64,000 nt of DNA from Haliotis rufescens (taxonomy: Eukaryota), in the NCBI RefSeq assembly GCF_023055435.1, contig NW_025963779.1, positions 59,768,001 to 59,832,000 on the forward strand, in the 5' to 3' direction. The translations under genes and the position numbers were made by a program. The notes beneath the pieces were generated by a model. The model was not told where the DNA came from. It was given only the letters and a program-made list of their open reading frames with translations, and did not search any database. Below are positions 41,101-52,556 of the stretch, one piece after another (the first letter of the stretch is position 1; each line of letters begins with the position of its first letter).

Positions 41101-42915
41101 AGGATGTCCTCAGATCTTTGTTTAGCGGTAGCGAAACTAAGATCTGATTTTAATGAGATTGAATCATCTCCCCATGCTAACTCCACACAAAAGGATTCCT
41201 TCTGTCCTTGAACTGATTGCTGATTGTGAAATAGTGTTTTCATTATTTGGTATTTAATGCCGCACTCAGCAATATTCCAGCTATAAAACGGCTGTCTGTA
41301 AATAATCAAGTCTGGACCAGACAGTCCCGCAATTGACATCATAAACAACTGAGCATCAGTCTATGAAAGTGGGATATGATAACATGTATCAACCAAGTCA
41401 GCAAGCCTTGGTTGTTAGTCGCTTCTTACAACAAACATGAGTTGCGGAAGAACAGTTCTAACCCAGATCTTCATGGGTAGTGGAATAGTAATGAATGAAC
41501 TCAAAGGCACAGCTCTAACCCATCATTGTCTTTACAAACCAGAGCCTACAAACCTCACCAATTTATATTTTGACCAATGTTACTATTATCAACATATGAC
41601 TAATATGTACAAAGTTTTATGAAGAAGCAGTTTATGAGTGATGCTCAAGAAATGAATACAACAGATGGATAGAGCCTATTTCTTTTACCCCCACCAATCT
41701 TTCTTTGTGGAAGAGATAATTATCTTAATCTTTACACCAGCTGAAAAAAAGAGACTGAATATTAAAAACAATATTTACAACACATCAACTATTGCAGTCC
41801 AACACCAATAGTATAGACATGTCTACCTGGGTTTCTGATTAAGGGAACAGCTGTTACCGTAAGCTTTTATTTATTATTCATACAAAGAATGGCATATTGC
41901 CTTGGCAAGTTTGAAGGCTATGTTTATTCCAGGTTTAGATATATTAGATAGTTTATGTCAATTGGTCAGTTTAAGTGATATACATGTACATGTATTTTTT
42001 AAAGAATTTTAACTGTTTTTCCTGAGAAATTATCCTGTGATAAAATTGAAACACTGAATCAGTATCAGTACAATAATGCTGTCGACCTCATCCCTGTTCA
42101 AGTGGATATAGCATCTGCCCGAAGAGCAGAAGGCTGGTGATTTGATCCCTGGCCGCATCATACCAAATGGCATTAAACATAGATACTTGTTGTTACCCTG
42201 TCTGGCACAAGGCAGATAAAACGAGGACCTGTCGGCTTGGAGTCAGTATACAGTGTCGGAGTGGGGTATCCATGTTAAACTGCAACATGGTATCTCAGTG
42301 GGCTAGCAGTACAAACAACATTAGTCCAGACTGGTACAAGCAGTCAAACATACACACGCACGTGCCCCCTCATTTCACTATAAGAGCATAATCTTGTTTG
42401 CGAGGCTCAACCCTTGTCACCTCACCTGATACTAAATTAATCCCAAGACATACCTGTAAGCGAACTGACTCGACAGAGGGCATGAGCACAATCTTCTTCC
42501 CCTTGTCCTCTTTGCGCAGCTCAGAAAACAGTGGAATCATCATGTCATAGTGGAGGTGGAAGTAGTTGCTACCGTAGTAGAAGTACATGGTGAACACGTA
42601 GCCTTCATCGTACGTCTCATCACAGGTCATTGAATCGGATTGTTCATCAGGCCGAACAGACCATATTCCTGCTCCTGCTCCACAAGAACTGTCAAAAGTG
42701 TTCCTCGAAGTGAGATCCTGCTTGTACCTAAACACTCTGTCTCTGGCGTCTAGAAGGACATGCGACATCTTGCAGAACACTGGGGGATAGTGTCCTCGCA
42801 CGGGGGAAATGTTGGAGGCCGGCCATGCTGCTTTACACAGGCTAGTACATATGGTAAGGAGGACTATTGCTCTGAACACCAGCAGCTTGAATAATTCCTG
42901 ACTGTAGTTGGTCAT
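32160..42915 (-). CDS. Glycosyltransferase family 61 (DUF563; EOGT/POMGNT2-like), 6 coding exons, ~389 aa, N-terminal signal/anchor and C-terminal KTEL
   Basis: Exons (-): 42454-42915, 40412-40474, 37022-37111, 35513-35631, 34340-34445, 32160-32489, GT-AG with consistent phases. GT61 motifs: NYFHLHYDMMIPLF, VGIIKRTNRRRILNEGELVEA, FKQQIEKVQEYSVLVGMNGAGLMNGLFLSPGAVTVQLVPF. Hydrophobic N-terminus LLVFRAIVLLTICTSLCKA. Confidence 0.88.
34499..34785 (-). mobile_element. tRNA-Leu-like-headed SINE, young full-length copy
   Basis: Reverse complement is near-identical to 60429-60722. It sits ~50 nt upstream of the GT61 exon 5 acceptor. Confidence 0.85.
36055..36499. mobile_element. Tc1/pogo-type MITE with TA TSD
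   Basis: ta|cagtggtccctcgcta ... tagtgagggatcactg|ta. Confidence 0.7.
38258..39005 (+). mobile_element. Two adjacent tRNA-derived Meta-SINE-like elements (38258-38612; 38685-39005)
   Basis: tRNA head (tggtctaatggtagagcg...gggtttgatcccc), core gtcataccaaaagac...gatggtacttgttgttaccctg, and (cacct)n tail. Further copies at ~37478-37670 and ~42095-42425; head-only pieces at 24545-24602 and 31350-31408. Confidence 0.8.
40653..41161. mobile_element. Mutator-type MITE, independent insertion
   Basis: Same TIRs, with a different perfect 9-bp TSD aatcatctc. Confidence 0.88.
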
Positions 42916-43089
42916 GGTACTGTCTGCAAACAAGAAACATATATCACAAACACGGGCAAATACAAACAGTTGTTAAAAAATAAGAAATGTTTGAACTTAA
43001 TAATGAATCTATTCATGATTATAGTTTACATCTGTTCACTGTATACCAATGTCATGAATTCCACACCTAAATCTTTATAAGCCTGTTAC

Positions 43090-46000
43090 TAGTTGCCGAC
43101 AAAAATGCACATGACTTGAAAACTGTTCAAGAACAGATCGGTGGAATTCAAATCAATAAGGTCACACAGCAAAGGTCAACCAATAGGAAGCAAGGATCGT
43201 GTCCTTCACCTCAGAATGACACAAGTGTAAGGTCACAGTCACAGAATCAGAAGTGTTAAAGAAGAAGCTAAAATCACACTGAAACCCAATGCCAGGCCTA
43301 TATTCATGACAGCAAGACCAGTGTCATATGCCCTGAGAGAGACAGTGGAGAAATAGCTAGACAAGTTGGAGTAAGATGGAGTGATTTCAAAAGTCAACTC
43401 AAGTGATTGGGCAACACCCATTGTTGTCGTTCCTAAGAAATCAAACGATGTGAGAATCTATGGGGACTATGAAGTTACCTTTAACCAGTGGATTGAAGTG
43501 GAAAAGTACTCCCTCCCGAAAGCAGCAGATTTGTTTGCAACTCTAGCAGGCAGTAAAATCTTCTCGAAAATTGATCTGACAAAAGCGTATCACCAAGTCC
43601 TGGTAAGTGAAGAAACCAAGAAGTTGCTTGTAATCAAAACCCACAAAGGACTTTACTGTTACAATCGACTGCCCTTTGGCATCGCTAGTTGTCCAGCAAT
43701 ATTTCAACAAATCATGGAACAGATCCTGCAAGGTATACCTAGAACTGTCACCTTTCAGAAAATGAAGAAAATGCCAGTTTGCACAACCCAAAATTGAGTA
43801 TTTGGGTCATGTGATCGATCGAAATGGATTGCATACAGTTCAAGAGAAGGTTGAAGCTATCACCCGAGGTACGGAACCTACAAACAGAACCCAGCTCAGA
43901 TCGTTCCTCAGAATGCTGCAATACTACGCACATTTTATCTCAAACCTATCGACGATGATTCATCCTCTCAACAATCTACTAAAGGTAAACACTAAGTGGA
44001 TCTGGACACCACAATGTCAGGAAGCTTTTAACCGAGCAAAACAAGCCTTGTCTTCAGCTGAAGTGTTGACACATTATGACCCCAAGAAGAAAATCAAGTT
44101 GGCATGTGACGCATCCAATTATGGACTAGGTCCGGTTATCTCACACATTATTGACGATGGAACTGAACAACCAATTGCATTCGCATCAAGAACACTGTCG
44201 ACCAGCGAAAGAAATTATGCCCAGATTGAGAAGGAAGCACTTTCCCTGATATATGGATTGAAGAAATTCCACGAATATCTCTATGGCCGCTCATTTACCT
44301 TAGTGACAGATCACAAGCCTCTTCTCTCAATTCTGGGACCCAAGAAAGGTGTACCAACTCTGGCAGCAGCTCGTATGCAGAGATGGGCATTAATCCTAGC
44401 AGCTTACCAATACGACATTGAATTTAGATCCACTGATCAACATTTCAAAGCAGATATGCTTTCTCGATTACCACTACAAGAAGAAAACATTCAAGATGAA
44501 GAAGACATATTCAACTTTTCCCACCTTGATACCCTACCAGTCACAGCCAAAATCATTGAAAGCGCAACCAGAAAGGACCCAACTCTATTGCGAGTCTATG
44601 CTTTCACACTGAATGGATGGCCTGCAAGTGTGACCAATCCAGACCTACTGCCATTCTTTGCAAGAAGAAATGAACTATCAGTAGAACAAGGTGTTGTACA
44701 ATGGGGACTCTGCGTGATCATACCATCCTCACTTCAGCTGAGAGTACTCGAAGAACTTCATTCAAAGCACATTGGCATTGTCAGGATGAAAGGAGTATCA
44801 AGAAGTTATGTTTGATGGCCGTCACTTGATTCAGACATTGAGAAGACTGTTAAATCCTGTGAAAATTGTACATCTGTGAGAAACATGACCTAATCCACAC
44901 CACTGCATGAATGGCCATGGCCATCACAACCGTGGGAAAGAGTTCACATTGATTTTGCCGAATACAAAGGACGAAATTACTTCATTCTAATCGATGACTA
45001 TTCCAAATGGCCAGAAGTGTACCTGATGAATTCAACAACCACAAGCAAGACAGTTGAAACTCTGCGACATATCTTTGCTACACATGGCACACCAGAACAG
45101 TTAGTATCTGACAACGGCCCACAATTCACCTAAGAAGAATTCAACACTTTTATGAAGATGAACGGAATTAATCACCTGCGCAGTGCTCTGTATCACCCAG
45201 CAACCAACGGTGCAGCGGAGACATTTGTTCAGGTATTGAAGATGCACCTCAAAACTTCAGAAAAATCTGATCCCCTGAGACAGTTAGCAAATATGTTGAT
45301 TGTGTACAGAACTACTCCTCACACAGTCACTGGAAAAACTCTGTCAGAACTGCTAGAGAAGAGAAAAATCAGAACAAGACTTGACTTGCTCCAGCAAAAT
45401 CTAAGACAACATGTTACAAAGAAACAAATAGGCCAGAAGATAACACATGATGGTGGAAACCCTACCTTGAGACAGTTTGAACCTGGAAAAAGAGTAGCCA
45501 TCAGAAGATTTAGAGGTCCAAACAAGTAGGTCTATGGTTCCATTTTGCAGAGAATCGGCCCCCTTGCTTACATTGTGGACATTGACAATCACCCCAGTCA
45601 TGTGCTTATTGATCACATCATTGTGGCTCCTAACAATGATTCAGGTAGTGCAGACATCCTTCACAGAAGAGAAATACTGTTACCAACAACTTTGCAGACT
45701 ACAAAGTCTACTTTTCCTGAGACATCACAGACCATGCCTCAGCAGCCTGCAACACCACCATCCACCACTGAGACTCCAAACGACGATGCACCATCAAGTG
45801 AGATGTCTTTCCCCAACACCACACCGGTGCCATCCATGATGATGCGACGTTCACAACGACTTCGCCTACCTCCTAAAAGACTTGATTTGTGACTTTCTCG
45901 CATTGTGACTTTTTCGCATTCTCGCATTGTGACTCTTTCGCATTTCCTCCTCCTAGTGTTGCTTAAACTTGTTCGCGGTTGTATTGTATATTCTAAACAG

Positions 46001-46170
46001 GTAGGAGTGAAGTGTTTTGTTGTTTGCATGCTGCACGTGCACCTTCGCGCACTGCCAATTCGGATGTGACGTCACATGTCCAAGTGACGTCACTGGTGAC
46101 GTCCTGCTTGTATTGACATCGTGGGCTCCCAAGTAAACAGGCATTAACTAGAAGGCATCTCGTTATCATT
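43090..46170 (+). mobile_element. Decayed Ty3/Gypsy LTR retrotransposon (RT-RNase H-integrase), antisense within the 5' region/first intron of the GT61 gene
   Basis: RT: WATPIVVVPKK, FSKIDLTKAYHQ, YNRLPFGIASCPAIFQ. RNase H: LACDASNYGLG, RNYAQIEKEAL, TDHKPL. Integrase: LEELHSKHIGIVRMK, YHPATNGAAE, C-terminal RRSQRLRLPPKRLDL*. Multiple stops and frameshifts; LTR boundaries are not resolved. Confidence 0.93.
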
Positions 46171-46267
46171 ACGTACTAGTTACTGAAGAAATACTTAGGC
46201 CTATACACTACAGCAACCTGTGGCGGTACAGAAAAAATAAAATACTAATTTGACCTTGACCTGAGTA

Positions 46268-46610
46268 CCGTATTCGACGTAATAAGCGCCCCGCTCTAAT
46301 AAGCGCCCACTGCGATATTTGCTAATATATTGGCAAGTGAACAATCCCAATTAGCACCCCTTCCGATTGATCAAAGTACACAAGACTTATTTATTCGTGT
46401 ATAATACACACTCGTGTGTTATATGCCTCCTTAATTATGGGCAATTAAATTCTGGAAAAATATATCTGTCATATATAAACAGTTCAGGCCGTCAGCATAA
46501 ACCTCGAAATTTACCTTTCAACTCTGTTTTTTTCCACCAAAATAATATTTTAATAAGAGCCCCTATTTCTAATTTGAGAGCGCCCTGGGCGCTTATTACG
46601 TCGAATACGG
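46268..46610. mobile_element. Tc1/mariner-pogo-type MITE (ccgta TIR, TA TSD)
   Basis: ta|ccgtattcgacgtaataagcgccc ... gggcgcttattacgtcgaatacgg|ta. Confidence 0.85.
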
Positions 46611-47538
46611 TATATAGAATAAAGGGTGTGTTATGTATGTAGCCTACACGAAGAGAATCTCACCCAAGTGTTTATTGATATCAAATATATAAACACAAGT
46701 CGGTATCTGAGGCTTGATACACTTGATATCCAAAGACACGAGTGTGAGATTCTATTTATCATCCAAAATCATTCTTTCAAGATTTTCAGTAATAAATAGT
46801 GTCTGGTGTGTAAACATATCAGCTCTCCAGCTTCTGTGTCATTTGATTATAACGTCATGGTAACAGCTGGATGTCTGAAAACCATTGTGATGCAATAGTA
46901 GTGATATCTACTGCTTGATCAACAGAAATATGTAACTGTGCACACAAAAAGTAACTAATTTATTGACCCAAGTATCCTGCAAGCCAAAATGTTTTTGTGT
47001 GTACAGACACGTATCCAAGTGCTTCATCTCACCCAGGTGATATCTACTGTGGAGCCAGCTTTGGATAATAAATAACATTTAGTTCCTACATATCGTTTGG
47101 CTAAATATATTTCCTACACTAACCCAGACTCCAATGAAAAATTCAGTTTTGTCAACATATAAACCTACAACTACACTACTATAAAATCAGCATTAGTCCG
47201 GACTAGTATGAGGAGGCACACACACACACACACACACACATTAATGCATGCACTTCGCTGTTTGTAAGTACAATAATCTTGAACGTGATGTTTAAACCCT
47301 ATTTCACCTCAACTTTCACCTACTACACATTGATTGATAATGTAATAAAGTACTTGGCACATGAAGATCCGGATTAGAATTCGTCTTCAGCAACTCATGC
47401 TTGTCGTAAAAGTGAAAAATCCTAAAGGGATCAGGTGGTCAAGCTCTCTGATCTGGTTGATTACAGGACCACGTAACTAATAATAATAACCAACAAATGT
47501 GCAGACGAGGCCGAAGGCCGAGTTTTTTTGCAAGTTTG

Positions 47539-47580
<42 letters not shown>

Positions 47581-48961
47581 TACATAGTCCTTTTGGTTGA
47601 TGCATGTCATCGTATCCCAACATGCGTAGATCGATGCTCATAATGCACTTGATTGTCTGGTCTAGACTCGATTATGTACAGACCGTGGTCATATAGCTGG
47701 AATATTGCTGAGTGCTGCGTTAAACAACAAACAAACACATAATTTATTTCCCCTTGCTAGCCACAATAACGTACAAATGTAACCAAAGCATTTATTCTTA
47801 TGTAATAAGACCTAAATTGTTAATATCATGAAAATTAATCTTCATAATTAAATATTAATTCCTTAAATAAGCTGGAAAAAAGAAGGTGTGGTTAAACAAA
47901 AATTATTGTCCGACGATACTGTCAACGAACTGTCATGGTTTGTCCCCCTGGATAAAAAATCACGGGCTACTTTTTCAGACTTACACCGAATGCTGGTGGG
48001 ATCGTTCGATCTGAGGCGGATGCAGGATTTTCAACAGTTCGAAAGAGGGGAAGCATATAGATACTACCTAGTTAAAATGCAAGTTGTCTAAAAAAAGGGG
48101 ACCCACAGTGGCCCTACAAAAATGGATCGTGCGGGTGGCATTTTGATTCCACGTAGCCATTGTGCTGTCGAGTAGCACTGGATCAGAACTGAGCCCGTTT
48201 CAAATAAAACACCATTGGGTGTCAAATGTCATCTTATCGTTCGTGCTTGAGTTAACTTCGGATCGTTAAAATGTCTAAAAAAAACTAAACAGATAATTTG
48301 CGCAAACCCAATAAAACGCACTTACTGTCGTTACTTAGACTTTCCTTATAGATGTAGATCTTTGATCTACTTCTTGCAAGTCGTATAAACTTGGACACAC
48401 CTGTTGTGTTGAGTAGAGTTCCAGATGGTTAAAGGGAGATAACTGTAATTTTCACTTTTTATTATACGATATTGCATGCAACAGTGGTTCAAATCAACCC
48501 TTGCATTATCTCACTTTTATTGATTTGAACTTGAAAAATACAAGATATTTACCTCTACTTACCACGTTGTGAAAATACAGGTATCAGATGTCAGATTGAA
48601 AACAAAGGTATCTAACGAGAATGAGTGTAGTATTTTCTATTGATTTAAAAATAAATTAGGCCTAATTGTTGACAAATGCACATTCTTTCAATTTTGTTCT
48701 TAAAGATTTAAAAGATCAGAAAATAGACTGAAATGCAGACTCGTCTCTATGTATTGAGGATAATGTGTACTTTGTTTAATATATTTTGTTTCAATGACAT
48801 CATTTAAATTATTACCTTCAAATGTCGTTATGCTCTCTCAGATCTGTAGATCTCTCATAAACTAATGGGATGCAATAGATTAGATATATAGGTTTTTAAT
48901 TATTATTCTTGTTGTTATTGTTGTTGTTGGTGGTTGTGGTGATGGTTGTTGTCCTCATCAT

Positions 48962-49190
48962 ATAGGTCTTCAGCAACCCACGCTTATGGTAAGAGGCGAC
49001 TAACGGGATCAGGTGGCCAGGCTCGCTGACTTGGTTGATGCATGTCATCGTATCCCAACATGCGTAGATGGATGCTCATGATGTCAATCACTTGATTGTC
49101 TGGTCCAAACTCGATTATATACAGACCGCGGTCATAAAGCTGGAATATTTGTTATTGCGGTCTTATACAAACAAACAAACAAACAAACAA
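48962..49190 (+). mobile_element. Abundant SINE family (V-SINE/RUDI-like core), representative copy
   Basis: gtcttcagcaacccacgctt..taagaggcgactaacgggatc...tggaatatt...(acaa)n. Other copies at ~5443-5655, 6410-6620, 7085-7295, 13395-13635, 41250-41478 (-) and 18762-18940, 47361-47735, 56590-56810, 56988-57200 (+). The family name is from memory of the core sequence. Confidence 0.75.
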
Positions 49191-52100
49191 ACACGCAGCA
49201 GCAGTAGGTGTAGTAGTTCTTCTGGGATTAACAGTCGGGTGTGCCTCTATATAGCATAGACTTAGACTCCCGATGTGAAATGTCAGATTGAAAACAAAGA
49301 CTGGTTTCTTAGTTTTATACTAATTAAATATTCACTTTTAGTCATCTCGCTCACAGCTTTTACATACTGTACGATAGATTTACGGCAATTTGTTCAAGGA
49401 CTGCATAAAAAAAGCAGTAGGTAAATATTGCTCGTTACTAATGAACATAAATATATACCAAAAATAAAGTGGATCTATAAAAATACCTTTTTACTGCCTG
49501 CATCAAATATTACGCACACTAAATCAGTTCAAAATTAACTGATTGTTTAAGATATACGAAACAAACAAGACTTTGTCTTTGAAAATGTGATATGTTATAA
49601 TAATATATTTAATAAAGATGAACCACACTGTGTATCACCTGATTGGTCTTTCCTTGGCCGCACAGTTCAAAGGCAGTAATGGGATATTTTACAGCCGCTT
49701 CCTAGACCATACGCGTACCCCCCAGACATGACCTTGTGAATTCTTCCGTGATTGACTGAGTTGAGTTTTACCTCGCTTTGAGCATCATTCAAGACCTTTC
49801 ATGGCAGGGGACACCACGAATAGGTTTGACACTTGAATTCAAGTGAGGAGTCATATAGTAATAACTGTTTTAGTGTCTATGTTAATGAAGCACTCCTCGA
49901 ATGAAATGACTTCATCATCTGTCTGATAGAACACACAACTTTAACATGGGTGTATTGAATCGGAGTGCAAGATTTGATTTTAACCATATTAAAATCTTAC
50001 TGGTAGGCTTGACCCTCGATATGATTTATATTTCTGGTTGATAAGATTTGAATCATATACAGTTGCCAGGATGGTACGTAATAGTTGAGAAGAAAACGTA
50101 TTACTCTTTATACACGACTGGTATTCGTGTCTTGAAATCCGGACTGGATTTTTTATCCGGGAAAATAAGGTCGACACCCATATCCCCCCAATTATCCATA
50201 CATCTCCATGTGGTTTCAATAAGTTTTAAATACAATGTACATTAAATTGGTGAATCCGGTACTCGCTTCCCTTTAATCCCCCCGGTCAGTTATGCACAAT
50301 TACTGTCTTCTCCGAAAGAGCCTGTGTTCCTCTATACAAGGCGGCTTAGACAAACATCTAGTCTTTGAAAAAATATATTTTACAGAAAAAGAGTTGTTAA
50401 ATTATAGTTATAAAATATATGAAAAAGGGCCAAGAGACCTTAATTTTCAGATACTGTAGTATTCTAGACTTGCCAAAAATATATAGACTTGCATGGGCTA
50501 TATTGGATATATTTGTTTCTGGGTCTGTATGACAGACAAAAAGGAGATATAAGGAGGAAGGTACAAGACCTTGGAAGACTCCACAGCAATGGATCGGGCG
50601 AGCAGCAGCCCTGTCCTTCCTTCTCAAGATACGCTGCACGTCTTATTTGCTTGTATCACATACGGCTAAGTCGGATATAGCTAGTGTTACAACTATAAGG
50701 GTTATGACATGAATACTTTGTATATGTAATGTAGAACGAGTATCAAAGGAGCAAGTACCCGTGTAAAAAGTAATTTAGAAGCTCAAAACCCACTACAGGG
50801 TAACCTTTTCTCACGTGTAATATACACTATTCACCAAGCAACCTAAATTTTGAAAAATATTTGTAGGTCGCCACGCAAAATAGTATTTGCATACCCCCCA
50901 AACTAGGGGTGTCAAGTGTGATAGCTGAAAAGGGAGATAGCTCATTATGTAGATATAATTAATCACAAAGTGTGCTTGTCATTGAACATTATTTAGAGAT
51001 GAAATACATATGCAGGTGTGATGTTTTACAATCCTCTCTGTTAATTAATTATTCATTGATAGCAATGCTCAATTAAATAAATCCCTATTCTCGTTGCAAA
51101 AAAAATTAATAATAACAAAATAAGTCAGGGAGGGGAATACAATGTGCCAAATTAATAATACAAGAGGACATGAAAGTTCTCGATATCCCCACTATTGTAT
51201 CCAACGTCTTTAACGTGGTTTGGGTATTTTGCATGTTGTGTGATTTTGAGATGTAAACTAAACGAGAAACAACATTGCATTGTTTTCCTTAAACATCAGT
51301 ATGACCATACATGTGCTTCATTTGTATAATCAACTTATTCTACTCGTGATGGACAGAGCACATCCAGGGTTCAGTTATGACCGAGGCATGCGCTCAACCG
51401 TCACTCTCAATCACCGACGTTCTAAACGTGTGAGTTATCTCCTCCTGAAACTGCGCCACCTGTATAATGCTGTCCAGACAGGTGCTTGTCAGAATCAAAG
51501 GTTTTCTTGTCAATTATCCGGATGTATTGCATTCTAATGTACATACCCACAGGTAGTGACACACCACGGCTATCAAACTACATCACACAAGACATTGACA
51601 CTTGAGTAAGTGATTAATGGACGCTAGAAACTGATTTAAAAGAATTCTTTTGGGTACAAATCAAACATATTAGTACAGTTCTTTCTTACAATGCTCAGAT
51701 GTACATCCTTTCTGACGTGTTTGATTGAGTGCATGTGAATTTTATTATTCTGTACTACACTCTAATTACAACATCGTGGTTAAGTTGTTTGTAGATGGCA
51801 TTTGTTCCTTACGAAATCAGTTTATATAGTCTCGCAATTGTCAACATGGGCAGATAACTCGTGGTGGGATGATAAATAAACTGTCGAGTAACGGCAACTC
51901 ATATCATCCGTGTAATAAAGAACATTATAGCTTGAGGCATTCTAGTATTATGTGATTGTTTTTTTTCAATATTGATTGACTTTCAAAGAATGACAAAGAC
52001 ACTTCTGGTTCATTATATTTGATTGACACTAATTTTGTTGATGAGGAAATGAAACAGCCTCAAGAAAATTATATTCCACATTCAAAGATGATGGTGTAAC

Positions 52101-52556
52101 AGAAATTCTAAATGGATGTTTGCCTTCCTTTACTCAGTAATGGTATTCATGAAGTCAGTAAGGGAACGAAGTCGGTCTGAATCCAACTCCAATCATAATC
52201 CAATCTTAACCGATTATGTTACTGTTGGTCTATAGATGCTAGTACCTATGGTCCTATGTGACAGTGGTCACAGAGATGAACTTAACTCGTATAACTAAAA
52301 TAATTGATGAATGTTTAGTATAGGATAAATCTTGAAATTAACCACAGATATTTCATTATATATCTATTTACTGTAAACCATATTTGGTGTTGGAACTTAG
52401 AAGGGGAAATCAAGGGTTCAGTGTCGGATGACTTATGTTAAGATTGATAAATGTAGGGAGCCCTTAGATTCAAATACTGTTGGCGAAATCCTCAAGTATT
52501 TGTTTTTTTATTTTTCAGTTTGAAGTTTTGCATTTTGATCACTGAAGATCCCCACC

